Shown here piece by piece: positions 1-10,509 of a stretch of 64,000 bases of DNA. How positions within the stretch are numbered: the first letter of the stretch is position 1; every line of letters begins with the position of its first letter. Under the pieces are notes generated by a model. It ran no database searches, was not told the DNA's origin, and worked only from the letters and a program-made list of their open reading frames with translations. The stretch is taken from IMG/VR virus record IMGVR_UViG_3300046787_000129, positions 32,001 to 96,000 of that record; one strand, given 5' to 3'. Source of the DNA: a virus. The position numbers and the translations under genes are program-made.

Positions 1-110
1 TGATTCTAAGCAATCCAGAGTTCGTATTCTTTGAGCCATCTGAGACTACGGTAAAACTTGGATTTAAGTATCAAGATGGAAAGTTTATCAATCCAGAAGA
101 GGAAAAGTAA
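1..110 (+). CDS. 3' end of a hypothetical protein (partial)
   Basis: Frame open from the window edge (ILSNPEFVFFEPSETTVKLGFKYQDGKFINPEEEK) to TAA 108-110, abutting the next gene. Confidence 0.6.
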   Translation, partial: ILSNPEFVFFEPSETTVKLGFKYQDGKFINPEEEK

Positions 111-773
111 TTGGGTAAGAAGAAGATAACCTTTCACTCAGAAAGGACAGACCTAGACCTACTGAAGCCTATTCCGACTTCAAGGGCTATGCCAGACTGG
201 TTTAGATCAATGCCAGGATCAATTCAGGGCGTAGAGACAGTTAAGAAGTGCGTACCAGTACTTGACGCACTAACAGCTGGATACGTTATTCCAATCCCAG
301 CAGACGCATACTGGGACAAAGAGTCTAAGAGATTTGTTTCAGCTTTCGTAGACAAGCTAGACTCTGACCACATGAAAGAGCAAACATCATTTGTAGAAAT
401 TCCAGACAACTTCGATCCACAGCCACACAAGTGGATTAATCGCTGGTTTATAAAGACACCAAAGGGATACAGCACACTATTCATTCACCCACTTAACAGA
501 CAGGATCTACCGTTTAGATCATTCTCTGGAATTGTGGATACTGACAAGCATCCTATGCCAGTAAACTTTCCTTTTATTCTAGAGAAGGATTTCGATGGAG
601 TAATCCCTGCAGGTACACCAATGATTCAGGCAATTCCATTCAAGAGGGACGACTGGGAGTCAACAATCATTGACACTGGAGACTCGTACTTCTATCCATA
701 CTCGTCTGACAACATGAACCCACCATTTGCCTGGTATAAGCGTAAGTGGTGGAGTAGAAAGCTTTATAGCTAA
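111..773 (+). CDS. DUF6065-like phage protein
   Basis: Motifs KCVPVLDALTAGY, W-x-IKTPKGYS, SGIVDTD, VNFPF and IPAGTPMIQAIPFKR recalled as typical of this family. Confidence 0.55.
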   Translation: MGKKKITFHSERTDLDLLKPIPTSRAMPDWFRSMPGSIQGVETVKKCVPVLDALTAGYVIPIPADAYWDKESKRFVSAFVDKLDSDHMKEQTSFVEIPDNFDPQPHKWINRWFIKTPKGYSTLFIHPLNRQDLPFRSFSGIVDTDKHPMPVNFPFILEKDFDGVIPAGTPMIQAIPFKRDDWESTIIDTGDSYFYPYSSDNMNPPFAWYKRKWWSRKLYS

Positions 774-1511
774 ATGATAAAACTTTTAATTGGAGACGCT
801 TGTAAGCTAGATGTACAGTCTAATAGCGTAGACTTAATCATAACTCACCCACCATATCTAGGGATAGATACCGTTAGGTATGGTGGCGATAGCTCTAAGC
901 AAATAAATTATTCTCAGGATAAGACAAAGATGCTGAAGCTTCTCAAAAAGGCTACAGACGAGATGGTCAGGGTTTTAAAGCCAGGAGGACACCTCGTAAT
1001 TGCCAACGGCAGAGACCAAGGAATAGACCTAGAGTACATTGTAAATGCTAGAAAGAATAAGCAGTTAAAGTATCTAGACTTTATTTGTCAGAACTCATAT
1101 AGCTCTAAAGACAACTCTAGTCAAAGTAGAATTATGAGCGAGTCTATAACAGTATGGCATCACTTTGTAAAAGACGGGGATGCATATTATAACCCCTTTA
1201 TCACAAAGAGATACAGTGACCCAGTGTGGAACTTGCCAGAAAACAATATAGATGCTACAGTAGATACTCTAATCCACAGAGAAATAAACATCATTGATAC
1301 AATGAATGTAGAAATACCAAAAAGATTTATAGAGATGTTTACAAAAAAGAATGCTATAGTTCTAGACCCATTTGGGGGATCTGGACTGGTAGCGGTAACA
1401 GCAGCAGAACTGGGTAGACGAGGAATATCTAACGATATCTCTGAGGACCAGAACAAGGCAGCAGAACAAAGAGTCTTGCTTACATTAGGAGAGAAATATG
1501 TCGGAAGCTAA
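774..1511 (+). CDS. Amino-methyltransferase, N4-C/N6-A, beta-class layout
   Basis: GDAC...VDLIITHPPY (motif IV) N-terminal, RVLKPGG, and VLDPFGGSG (SAM-binding motif I) C-terminal. Confidence 0.85.
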   Translation: MIKLLIGDACKLDVQSNSVDLIITHPPYLGIDTVRYGGDSSKQINYSQDKTKMLKLLKKATDEMVRVLKPGGHLVIANGRDQGIDLEYIVNARKNKQLKYLDFICQNSYSSKDNSSQSRIMSESITVWHHFVKDGDAYYNPFITKRYSDPVWNLPENNIDATVDTLIHREINIIDTMNVEIPKRFIEMFTKKNAIVLDPFGGSGLVAVTAAELGRRGISNDISEDQNKAAEQRVLLTLGEKYVGS

Positions 1512-1743
1512 ACCAGTAAGGCCATGGGACCTCTTCAATAAAAATAAGGAGAGAGCCTCAGCAGAGCTAAAAGAGAAGCGTATGGAGATTTGCAGAAGTT
1601 GTGAGTTCTTTGTATCTCTGACGCAGCAGTGCAAGAAGTGTGGATGCATTATGCCAGCAAAGACAATGCTAACAGAGGCATACTGTCCAGTACACAAATG
1701 GGAAGCAGAGCTTCCAAACGATAACTTACCATTCAAGGAATAG
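1498..1743 (+). CDS. Small Cys-rich metal-binding protein (DUF6171-like)
   Basis: RMEICRSC...QCKKCGCIM...K...AYCPVHKW. Confidence 0.7.
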   Translation: MSEAKPVRPWDLFNKNKERASAELKEKRMEICRSCEFFVSLTQQCKKCGCIMPAKTMLTEAYCPVHKWEAELPNDNLPFKE

Positions 1744-1745
1744 CA

Positions 1746-2789
1746 GTGAAAATAGCCGTATACACCATAGCATTAAACGAAGAGCAGTTTGTAGAGCGTT
1801 GGGCAGAGTCAGCAAAGGACGCTGACTACCTATACATTCTAGATACTGGCTCTACGGATGCCACCGTGTCTAAGGCTAAAGATCTTGGGGTAGTTGTTAA
1901 CGTTGCTTCGATTAAGCCATGGAGATTCGATGATGCTAGGAATACATCTCTATCTCTGCTACCAGATGACGTAGATATTTGCATCGCACTTGACATGGAC
2001 GAAGTCCTAGTTCCAGGCTGGAGAGAAGAGCTAGAGAAGATAAAACCAGAAACAACAAGACCTAGATACCAGTACACATGGTCCTGGTCAGAAGATGGTA
2101 AGCCAGGTTTGCAGTATGGTGGAGACAAGATCCACGCACGTCATGGATACCGCTGGAAGCACCCAGTGCACGAAGTAATAACTGCAGATCGAATTGAAGA
2201 GGTGCAGGAATGGATTGGTCTAGAGATTCACCACTATCCAGACAACACTAAATCACGTGGACAGTACTTCCCACTACTTGAGCTTTCTACAAAAGAAGAT
2301 CCGCTAGATGATCGCAATGCTTTTTATCTAGGAAGAGAGTACTTCTTCTATCAGCGTTATGCCGAGGCATCCAAAGAACTTAGAAGACACCTATCACTTC
2401 CTAAAGCAGTCTGGGCACCAGAGCGAGCAGCGTCCATGAGATACCTTGCTAAGGCCGAACCAGAGAATACCAGGGAATGGCTAGAGAAAGCTATCAAAGA
2501 GTCTCCAGGACGCCGTGAGGCCCTTGTAGAGCTATCTCAGTATTTCTACATCCGCAACGATTGGCAGAACTGTTACTGGAGAGCTCTAGATGCAATAGCA
2601 ATCGTAGAAAAGCCGCTAGACTATCTATGCGAAGAGTTCGCCTGGGGAGCCCTACCATTTGATCTTGCTGCAATAAGTGCCTGGAACTTGGGGTTCAAAG
2701 AAGAGGCGGTAAGGTATGGAGAAAAAGCCCTAGAACTTGACCCAGAAAACCAAAGACTCAGAGATAACGTCAAATATTACGGTCTATAA
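1746..2789 (+). CDS. Glycosyltransferase family 2 with C-terminal TPR repeats
   Basis: IALNEE, DTGSTD, RFDDARN, DxD motif LDMDE, HPVHE; TPR-like helical C-terminus. Confidence 0.85.
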   Translation: MKIAVYTIALNEEQFVERWAESAKDADYLYILDTGSTDATVSKAKDLGVVVNVASIKPWRFDDARNTSLSLLPDDVDICIALDMDEVLVPGWREELEKIKPETTRPRYQYTWSWSEDGKPGLQYGGDKIHARHGYRWKHPVHEVITADRIEEVQEWIGLEIHHYPDNTKSRGQYFPLLELSTKEDPLDDRNAFYLGREYFFYQRYAEASKELRRHLSLPKAVWAPERAASMRYLAKAEPENTREWLEKAIKESPGRREALVELSQYFYIRNDWQNCYWRALDAIAIVEKPLDYLCEEFAWGALPFDLAAISAWNLGFKEEAVRYGEKALELDPENQRLRDNVKYYGL

Positions 2790-2793
2790 TCAA

Positions 2794-2802
2794 TGGTATA
2801 AT
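2794..2802 (+). promoter_or_regulatory. Extended -10 promoter, probably leaderless
   Basis: TGGTATAAT with ATG 8 nt downstream and no SD. Confidence 0.6.
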
Positions 2803-2810
2803 TAAATATC

Positions 2811-3257
2811 ATGGCAAGACTAGATATCTCTACCGTAAAATCCTACTTTGAATCAGGTGACCGTCCTACTGGACAGAACTACGCTGACCTGATTGACACG
2901 CTCATTCAGCAGTCTACAGATCTTGGATCTGCTGGAAACAATGAGCAAACTATCAACGGTATTGAGAATGTTACAGTCGTAGATTCTTTTACAGCATCTA
3001 CATGGAGAATGGTTAAGTACCTAGTGTCCATTTCAAAGACATCTAGCGGAGATAATAAATTCTATGCCACAGAGCTTACCGTACTAATTGACCAAACAAA
3101 TATCAGTGTTAGTCAGTATGGCATTATAGACAACGATGGGGATATTGGAACCATTAGTGTCTCAAAGGATGGAAGCTTAGTAAAACTAATACTAACACCC
3201 AATCCTGCAGTTACGCCTGTTACCGTGCGATTCAGTCGCATGGGACTCAAGGCCTAA
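2811..3257 (+). CDS. Putative virion/tail-fibre accessory protein
   Basis: YFESGDRPT...YADLID N-terminus; C-terminal beta domain resembles the C-terminus of the next gene. Confidence 0.6.
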   Translation: MARLDISTVKSYFESGDRPTGQNYADLIDTLIQQSTDLGSAGNNEQTINGIENVTVVDSFTASTWRMVKYLVSISKTSSGDNKFYATELTVLIDQTNISVSQYGIIDNDGDIGTISVSKDGSLVKLILTPNPAVTPVTVRFSRMGLKA

Positions 3258-3274
3258 AATAAGGAGATAAAAAA

Positions 3275-4663
3275 ATGGCAACAGTTGACAAAAACTTTAA
3301 AGTCAAACACGGACTGATTGTAGAAGGCACAACAGCAACCGTAAACGGTGAGGACATCCTTACCACAGCAAGCACCACTAGCGATCTAGGCGAAGGTACT
3401 AATCTTTACTTTACCGATCAAAGAGCTATCGATGCAGTATCATCTAGCGTTTCTTCAGCAGTTTCAACAGCTATCAATGCACTTACCACAGACGACATTG
3501 AAGAAGGTTCTAGCAACCTATACTTCACAAACCAGCGAGCACTTGATGCAACATCATCGGCATACGATGCTGCAGGAGCAGCCTCTTCTGCACAAACTGC
3601 AGCACAGTCTTATGCAGATGGTCTTGCTATTAATTACGATGCAGCAGGGGCAGCAGCAACGGCAGAGTCAAATGCTAACTCTTACACAGACACTGCAGTT
3701 TCAAACCTTGTTAATGGTGCACCAGCACTACTAGATACCCTTAACGAGCTAGCCGCAGCAATCAATGATGACGCATCATTCGCAACTACGGTTGCTACTC
3801 AGATTGGCGAGAAGCAAGACACCTTGACCGCTGGAACAGCAATCGATATAGATGCTTCTACTGACACCATCTCTGTAAAGGTTAAGCCTAATGCCGCAAT
3901 TCAGGTAAACGCTAGCAATGAGATATTCCTTCAGGCTGGAGATGGTCTTTTTGAAAGTCCAATGACTGGAACCCTTCATGTCGGCCGAGGAACTGGTGTT
4001 ACTCTAGAAAATGAGGGTACTGCCATAGCAGTAGACACAACTGTAATCGCCTCTGTGTCTTACGTGGATACTAACTTTGTTAATGTTGCAGACCTACCAG
4101 GACAGCTAGATGACTATGTTCCAGTAACTGAAAAGGGTGCCGCTCTTGGAGTTGCAACCCTGGATGCAAGCGGATATGTTCCAGCCTCACAGCTAAACAT
4201 CGACGTGTCTGGAGACATCACTACAGCAATTAATGCCCTAACAACATCTGACATTGAAGAGGGAACAAATCTATACTTCACTAACACTCGTGCAGTAGAT
4301 GCTCTAGAGGCAGTTGTTCCAAACTTCACAGCAGTAGAGCTTAACTCTATTTCTAAGCAGATTGCTGCAACTGCTACAGTTACAGCTGCTACGTCAGCTA
4401 GCGTATACAGCTTCCGAGTAAGTGATTACAAAGTTGCAAAGTTCTTGGTTAAGGTTTCAGATGGATCAAACGTCGAGGTATCTGAGGTGCTATTGGCTGT
4501 AGACTCATCTGACAACATATCAATTACCGAGTATGGAAACGTTGCATCTAACGCATCGCTATCATCAATCTCGGCATCATATGTTGGAGGATCTTTTATC
4601 TCTCTAGATGTGACTCCAGTATCAAACGGAACCGTAAAGGTCTTCGGAACACTTATCGTCTAG
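3275..4663 (+). CDS. Tail fibre / virion fibre protein
   Basis: GAPALLDTLNELAAAINDD and GVATLDASG fibre motifs; three TTxDxxEGxNLYFTxxRA repeats; SD AAGGAG. Confidence 0.75.
   Translation: MATVDKNFKVKHGLIVEGTTATVNGEDILTTASTTSDLGEGTNLYFTDQRAIDAVSSSVSSAVSTAINALTTDDIEEGSSNLYFTNQRALDATSSAYDAAGAASSAQTAAQSYADGLAINYDAAGAAATAESNANSYTDTAVSNLVNGAPALLDTLNELAAAINDDASFATTVATQIGEKQDTLTAGTAIDIDASTDTISVKVKPNAAIQVNASNEIFLQAGDGLFESPMTGTLHVGRGTGVTLENEGTAIAVDTTVIASVSYVDTNFVNVADLPGQLDDYVPVTEKGAALGVATLDASGYVPASQLNIDVSGDITTAINALTTSDIEEGTNLYFTNTRAVDALEAVVPNFTAVELNSISKQIAATATVTAATSASVYSFRVSDYKVAKFLVKVSDGSNVEVSEVLLAVDSSDNISITEYGNVASNASLSSISASYVGGSFISLDVTPVSNGTVKVFGTLIV
3371..4294 (+). repeat. Three dispersed ~19-aa peptide repeats in the fibre gene (~3371, ~3482, ~4238)
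   Basis: STTSDLGEGTNLYFTDQRA / LTTDDIEEGSSNLYFTNQRA / LTTSDIEEGTNLYFTNTRA. Confidence 0.85.
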
Positions 4664-4674
4664 TTAGTTAAGTT

Positions 4675-4716
4675 ATAGAATACCCCATCATTAGTTTGGT
4701 GGGGTATTTCTATTTA
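4675..4716 (+). terminator. Intrinsic terminator
   Basis: AATACCCCATCA-ttagtt-TGGTGGGGTATT hairpin followed by a T-rich tail. Confidence 0.75.
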
Positions 4717-4729
4717 TCTAAGTTAAGTA

Positions 4730-4738
4730 TGGTAAAAT
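4730..4738 (+). promoter_or_regulatory. Extended -10 promoter, probably leaderless
   Basis: TGGTAAAAT right after the terminator, ATG 8 nt downstream. Confidence 0.55.
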
Positions 4739-4746
4739 AGACTATC

Positions 4747-7700
4747 ATGGCAAATCCTTCCAATCTGTATGCTGAAAAAGTATTTAGCGAACATCCAATA
4801 TCTCTATGGGCTCTAGACGACCAGGTAGACTATATTTCGCTAATTACTGACACACAAAGACATATCGAAAATTGGACGGTAACAGGGGCAACCGCCACCA
4901 ACAACTCCTCAGCAGTAGACGATCCATTTCCAACAAGCCCAACTACAAAGTTTGTAGCTACACTACCATCTACGCAGTATGGCCAGATAAAAGTAGTCAG
5001 CCCTAACCTGATTAAGTTTGAAGACCTTTCTTCAGCACTAGAAACATTTTCTATCGGTACATACATCTACTCTTTGAATAATCCAATCAGCTATGAGATA
5101 GGCTACGAGTTTACAGATGCAGTCTCTAGCAATACCGTAGAGGTCACCAAAAGATACGAGAGCGAAATTACTGGCAAGTGGCTGTTCGTATCTGAGACAT
5201 TTAAGAGTGATAAGATCGGTAATGATCCAGAGTACGTTAGGCTAGTAATAAAGATAAACTACATAGTCTCTGGAAGTCCAGTAGGAGGATATGTCTTCTA
5301 TGTAAATGGAACTTCTTTTGGACAGTGGTCAGAAGAGTTTGCTACCACGTCACTTGGGCAATCAGCTACAGACCTTCCATCAGCTCTATCAAGCCTTAAC
5401 ACAGAAATATCTACTGGAGTACCTGCAAACCAAAAGAAAATAACTGCAGCAGCATACGGACTAAGCGATTCAAACGGATACTACCTAACTGACGGTCACT
5501 CAATGTTTGCTAAAAACTTCGGGGTACCACTAGTCTATGGAGCATCTAGCTCAACAGCCATATTCCCAAATCATAATGGACTTAGACCATCGTTAGTCCT
5601 ACCAAGCCAAGGATTTCTAAATAACTCTGGACGATATAACGACTATACAGCAGAGTTCTGGGTTAGACTAGACAATAGATCATCCGCACCAAGAAGAATC
5701 TTCGGTCCAATCGTAGAGTCAGCTTACCTAGCAGACTCCGAAGCATTGTCAACAATATATCCAGACGGAATATACGTAGACGGTCCTTTTGTAAAGATAA
5801 AGGTCGGAGACTCCATAGGATCCCACTTTGTCGGGGAATGGTCAAGACCAATGCTATTCGACTTCAAGGTAGCAGACGGAGTAGCAGGCTTGATGATAAA
5901 TGGAGAGCAAGTAATCTCTATGACCATAGACCTGAAAACACTATCTCTTCCAGCAGAGTCAGTATACGTATCTGGCATATCAGATCTACAGGATCAAAAC
6001 TGGGTAGGCTTCTACGCCTACGACGATATCCCTAAGATAGAAATCGATTGTGTTGCAATCTATAGCTATCAGGTTTCAGCAGTTTTAGCTAAACGTAGAT
6101 TTGCATATGGGCAGGCGGTAGAGTTTCCAGAAGGAGCTAACACAGCCTACGGAGGAACCTCAGCATTTATTGACTACCCATTTGCTAGCTATACCAATAA
6201 CTACTCTTATCCAGATGTAGGCAAGTTCGGTAGCGGTATTGTAGACAACGCTACAATATCAACAAAGTCAATATCTTCGCCACAGTTCAGCTTGCCAGAA
6301 ATAGTTTTCCTAGATAACCAAACTACTTTAGATTCTTGGAACGAGCACAACCAAGCATTGTCAGCAACCGCAGGTATTCCAGCCGCATCCTTCGGTTCCG
6401 AATATGAGGGGTATCTATTCTTTAGCAAGCTAAACGTATTAAAGGAAGATGTAAAGGCAGTATACGGAATCTTCACAGCTTATGAGCATCCTTCAGAGAA
6501 GCAGCTTCTGATAAAGATACAGAATAGAACAACTGGAGATTACTTTCAGTCCTACATTCTAGGAAACCAGGTGTTCTATGAGCTAAAGTTCAATGGGGCA
6601 TCACCAGAAACACTTTATAGTGAGGGTGAATTTGTAATAGGAGACCAGATCTTCTGTAACATAGATATAGAGGCTTTAACATCATTCTATGGATCAGACA
6701 TAACCGCTTTCTTTGGAAACAAGTCTCAGCTTATGATGTATGTTGGATCAACTCCAGACTTTGATATCACCTTTAATGGTCAGATAAATAAAATAGGTTT
6801 CTGTACTGCCAAGAATCTAAAGGCTATCAAGAAGTACTTTAACAATACATTCTCTGGGGTTCCAGGCTACGATGCAGGAGAGTCTTACTATGGATCTTTG
6901 GCATCATTCTGGAGCGAAATCGTAGATGGAGGATCGCCATCTGGATCTTTTATTAACTCAGGTTTATACTCACACACAGCAAGCTATACCCTGGTGCCAA
7001 AGAATAACTATGGAAACTTCGGGCTTTCTATTGCAACCAGCTCGTACTGGGAAGACTATGTGCCACTCTCATTCCTATCTCAATACGTAGACGGTATTTC
7101 TGGCGACAGTACATACGACCTAGACTTTATTCAGTTCAATATTGGCTATCCAGCACTCCCAGTTTACAGCGGTAGTGCTTATGATACTTCATCATCACTA
7201 GTAAAGACATACGTAACTTTTAGATATGCATCAGAGGCACCATCAAACTTCGAAGACAAGTATGTAAATACGATACCTGCTCAAAAAAATGGTGTGGTAT
7301 CTCCTGGAACATATGTCATTGGCTATACAGACCAGAACGCACCAATATATGATAACTTCTACAACACTAGATATGAGGTTGTAGATGGGCTAATCATCTA
7401 TCCACCAGCTGGGGTAAACGTAAACAAGCTTGTAATGGCTACACATATACAGATAGTTACAGATGGAGCACAGGAGTCTCAGGTAAAGATAAAGTCTTTG
7501 CAGTACGCATCAGAGTCTTTCAATAGCTACATCCCAAATCCAATCGGTACCAGATTTGGAAACAAGATTTACCCGTATAGGAAGTATGGTCTATACTACG
7601 ACTACAACGGTAGAAACCCTTATAGAATCTACAAGGGCAGCACGCCATACCTTTACCTGACGAGAGACAGCGGAATTCAGAAGGTTGGAGACTCTAACTC

Positions 7701-8403
7701 ACTGATAAGTAGCGGTCTAGAGATGCCTATCAATGAGAACGTAGCAGATGAATACAAGATAATTGCTATGCAGATGGCAATAAGGTTTAATGCGGAAAGC
7801 TTCCCTACAGTTGCAACTCAGATATTTGAAATACAGGGTAAGGATTCTTACACTAGGTTCTTCGTTGTAGCTAATGATACCTCTGGTAAGCGAGGTAGAA
7901 TCTATGCTATAAACTCTAAGACTGGACAAGTTGAGAATGGCATCGCCTTCTACCTGAATGGAAACTTGGTAAGAGAGCCAGTAATATCTCTAGAGTCCTG
8001 GGCGTTCCTAGGAATAAACTTCCAGAAGAGCATAGACCTAAACGGCTATGTCGGGGCATTTAGAATAACTGGACAAATGCTAACTAACATTGTCTCTATC
8101 TATAAGTCAACAAACCTACAAGAGGTACAGAAGAGCGACTTCAGACCTTGGTCAATGATTAAAACATCAGCACTTGTAGGAGACCTAGCTTGGTCGTACT
8201 GGAAGAGCAACTTTACCTGGAATGGTCTACTAGTGGCGGCATCTCTGGATTACTATGGAATTGACCCGTCTACAATATATAAGATTTATACTGGAACTAA
8301 CAAACTAATCGTTGATGACTCTAGAAAGATTAAGGTCGCTGACTACGAGTATGGCATTTATAGCTATGGGGCTACAAATGCAAAAATTATCAATGCCGTT
8401 TAA
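4747..8403 (+). CDS. Large virion structural protein with LamG/concanavalin-like domains
   Basis: 1218 aa, beta-rich; HPISLWALDD start, YTAEFWVR and IDCVAIYSYQVS LamG-like motifs. Confidence 0.6.
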   Translation: MANPSNLYAEKVFSEHPISLWALDDQVDYISLITDTQRHIENWTVTGATATNNSSAVDDPFPTSPTTKFVATLPSTQYGQIKVVSPNLIKFEDLSSALETFSIGTYIYSLNNPISYEIGYEFTDAVSSNTVEVTKRYESEITGKWLFVSETFKSDKIGNDPEYVRLVIKINYIVSGSPVGGYVFYVNGTSFGQWSEEFATTSLGQSATDLPSALSSLNTEISTGVPANQKKITAAAYGLSDSNGYYLTDGHSMFAKNFGVPLVYGASSSTAIFPNHNGLRPSLVLPSQGFLNNSGRYNDYTAEFWVRLDNRSSAPRRIFGPIVESAYLADSEALSTIYPDGIYVDGPFVKIKVGDSIGSHFVGEWSRPMLFDFKVADGVAGLMINGEQVISMTIDLKTLSLPAESVYVSGISDLQDQNWVGFYAYDDIPKIEIDCVAIYSYQVSAVLAKRRFAYGQAVEFPEGANTAYGGTSAFIDYPFASYTNNYSYPDVGKFGSGIVDNATISTKSISSPQFSLPEIVFLDNQTTLDSWNEHNQALSATAGIPAASFGSEYEGYLFFSKLNVLKEDVKAVYGIFTAYEHPSEKQLLIKIQNRTTGDYFQSYILGNQVFYELKFNGASPETLYSEGEFVIGDQIFCNIDIEALTSFYGSDITAFFGNKSQLMMYVGSTPDFDITFNGQINKIGFCTAKNLKAIKKYFNNTFSGVPGYDAGESYYGSLASFWSEIVDGGSPSGSFINSGLYSHTASYTLVPKNNYGNFGLSIATSSYWEDYVPLSFLSQYVDGISGDSTYDLDFIQFNIGYPALPVYSGSAYDTSSSLVKTYVTFRYASEAPSNFEDKYVNTIPAQKNGVVSPGTYVIGYTDQNAPIYDNFYNTRYEVVDGLIIYPPAGVNVNKLVMATHIQIVTDGAQESQVKIKSLQYASESFNSYIPNPIGTRFGNKIYPYRKYGLYYDYNGRNPYRIYKGSTPYLYLTRDSGIQKVGDSNSLISSGLEMPINENVADEYKIIAMQMAIRFNAESFPTVATQIFEIQGKDSYTRFFVVANDTSGKRGRIYAINSKTGQVENGIAFYLNGNLVREPVISLESWAFLGINFQKSIDLNGYVGAFRITGQMLTNIVSIYKSTNLQEVQKSDFRPWSMIKTSALVGDLAWSYWKSNFTWNGLLVAASLDYYGIDPSTIYKIYTGTNKLIVDDSRKIKVADYEYGIYSYGATNAKIINAV

Positions 8404-8405
8404 TA

Positions 8406-8414
8406 TGGTATAAT
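8406..8414 (+). promoter_or_regulatory. Extended -10 promoter of the portal operon, probably leaderless
   Basis: TGGTATAAT with ATG 8422 seven nt downstream. Confidence 0.6.
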
Positions 8415-8421
8415 GGTGGTT

Positions 8422-8790
8422 ATGAATGATAAGTTTCCTGGACAAATTGGTGAATCAAAGATAACAGTACTAGACAAACAGTACGAATGGGGTATCTATT
8501 TCTGGAAAAAGGCTAACGGAAAGCCTTTTACCGACGGTAATGGAAGTGTTTTAAACATTCCATCTCACCGTGGAGATGCTCTACAGATCCGCAAACTAGA
8601 GCAAGAAGCACGTGCACTTGGACAGGGTGATGGCTCATACGAGTTCATGCCAGGTGTAGAAAGAGTCTCAGAAGATGAGTATGCAGAGCAAGTTGAGCGT
8701 ATGAAGAGCGGACTTATTCCAAACCTTAACGACCTTGGTGCTGTTCAAGCTGCCAAGGATACAATTGCTATGTACGGAAGTGACGATTAA
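8422..8790 (+). CDS. Hypothetical protein upstream of portal
   Basis: Coupled to portal by TAATG; start moved to 8422 because ATG 8413 lies inside the -10 box. Confidence 0.65.
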   Translation: MNDKFPGQIGESKITVLDKQYEWGIYFWKKANGKPFTDGNGSVLNIPSHRGDALQIRKLEQEARALGQGDGSYEFMPGVERVSEDEYAEQVERMKSGLIPNLNDLGAVQAAKDTIAMYGSDD

Positions 8791-10451
8791 TGTCAGAATA
8801 TGAACACTACATCAGAGATATCGGCTTGCCTGAGTTTGAGCAAGAAGCAGATATCTTCAAGGCTCAGGACCCATTCAATAAGACTTGGGATGACCTCAAG
8901 GGACTGACTGGCCTAGACAAGAACTTTAAGCGTCGCAACGATCGTATTGCTAAGGCAAGCGTTTCAGACCAGACCTACGCCACTGACGTATCGTCTACTG
9001 GATACCAGAACGTAGACACCACACGTCCACAGTACCAGGACTCAGCACTTGCAGTTCGCCAGGGTATCAATGGAGCACACTCTAAAGAGATTAATCCAGG
9101 ACTAGTTTATCGTAATGGATATGGCATGTTTGATGTCATTACTCCACCATGGAACCTGTATGAGCTTGCAAACTTCTATGACACCTCATTCGCTAACCAC
9201 GCAGCTATTGATGCAAAGGTAGAGAACATTGTTGGTCTAGGATATGACTTCGAGATCTCTAAGCGTACACAGATGTCGCTAGAGTCTCAGGAGAACGCCT
9301 CTGCAGCAGAAAAGGCTCGTAAGAGAATTGAACGTGCAAAGGTAGAGCTTCGTGACTGGGTAGAAAACCTAAACCAGGACGACTCATTCACTAACACCCT
9401 GATGAAGTTCTTTACTGACGTACAGGCAACTGGAAACGGATACCTAGAAATCGGTAGAACTACCACTGGTGCAATTGGTTATGTAGGACACATTCCTGCA
9501 ACCACAATGCGTGTACGCAGACTACGTGATGGCTACGTTCAGATTATTGGCCAGAAGGTTGTCTACTTCAGAAACTTCGGGGCAAAGAACCAGAATCCAG
9601 TGACAGCAGATCCACGTCCAAATGAGATTATTCACTATAAGGAATACTCTCCGCTAAACACTTTCTACGGTGTGCCAGATATTATGGCAGCCATTTCATC
9701 GCTTCATGGGGATCAACTAGCATCGCAGTACAACATTGACTACTTTGGTAATAAGGCTGTACCACGATATGTAGTCACTCTAAAGGGTGCAAAGCTGTCT
9801 GAGGAAGCGGAAGATAAAATGTTCCGATTCTTACAAACTAACTTAAAGGGTTCGAATCACAGAACACTATACATTCCGCTTCCTCCAGATAGTGATAACA
9901 ACAAGGTTGAATTCAAGATGGAGCCAATCGAGAATGGTGTCCAGGAGGCATCGTTCAACGAATACCGCAAGCGTAACCGTGACGACATTCTTGTTGCACA
10001 CCAAGTTCCACTGTCAAAGATTGGTGGAGGAGACTCTTCTGCTATTGCGGCGGCACTTGCACAAGACCGTACATTCAAGGAGCAGGTTGCAAGACCAGCA
10101 CAGACTAATCTAGCAAAGATGATTAACAAGATCATCCACGAGAAGACAGACATCCTTGATCTAAAGTTCAACGAGCTTACTCTTACAGATGAGATCTCTC
10201 AGTCACAGATTCTTACAGAGTATGTAAAGAACAAGATTATGGTTCCTAACGAAGCTCGTACAGTTCTAGGTCTACCACACATCGACGGTGGAGATGTTCC
10301 TATGGAAATGACTCCACGTCAGGCTACCGATGCACGTGCAAACAACGCAGGTAACCGTGAAAGAGACTCGCAGAGAGCAGCAAATTCTTCAGATGGAGTA
10401 ACAACTACCACAGGAAGAAATGCCAAAGGTGAAGGAAGAAGCTCCGAATAA
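8790..10451 (+). CDS. Portal protein
   Basis: TGNGYLEI, NEIIH, FYGVPD, YFGNKAVP, ILVAHQVP, PNEAR...LGLP..GGD (HK97/PBSX-type portal). Confidence 0.92.
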   Translation: MSEYEHYIRDIGLPEFEQEADIFKAQDPFNKTWDDLKGLTGLDKNFKRRNDRIAKASVSDQTYATDVSSTGYQNVDTTRPQYQDSALAVRQGINGAHSKEINPGLVYRNGYGMFDVITPPWNLYELANFYDTSFANHAAIDAKVENIVGLGYDFEISKRTQMSLESQENASAAEKARKRIERAKVELRDWVENLNQDDSFTNTLMKFFTDVQATGNGYLEIGRTTTGAIGYVGHIPATTMRVRRLRDGYVQIIGQKVVYFRNFGAKNQNPVTADPRPNEIIHYKEYSPLNTFYGVPDIMAAISSLHGDQLASQYNIDYFGNKAVPRYVVTLKGAKLSEEAEDKMFRFLQTNLKGSNHRTLYIPLPPDSDNNKVEFKMEPIENGVQEASFNEYRKRNRDDILVAHQVPLSKIGGGDSSAIAAALAQDRTFKEQVARPAQTNLAKMINKIIHEKTDILDLKFNELTLTDEISQSQILTEYVKNKIMVPNEARTVLGLPHIDGGDVPMEMTPRQATDARANNAGNRERDSQRAANSSDGVTTTTGRNAKGEGRSSE

Positions 10452-10509
10452 TTTAAAGTGTGATAAACTATTATTGTTACATTATAAAAAGGGCTTATAA
10501 TTAATTACC

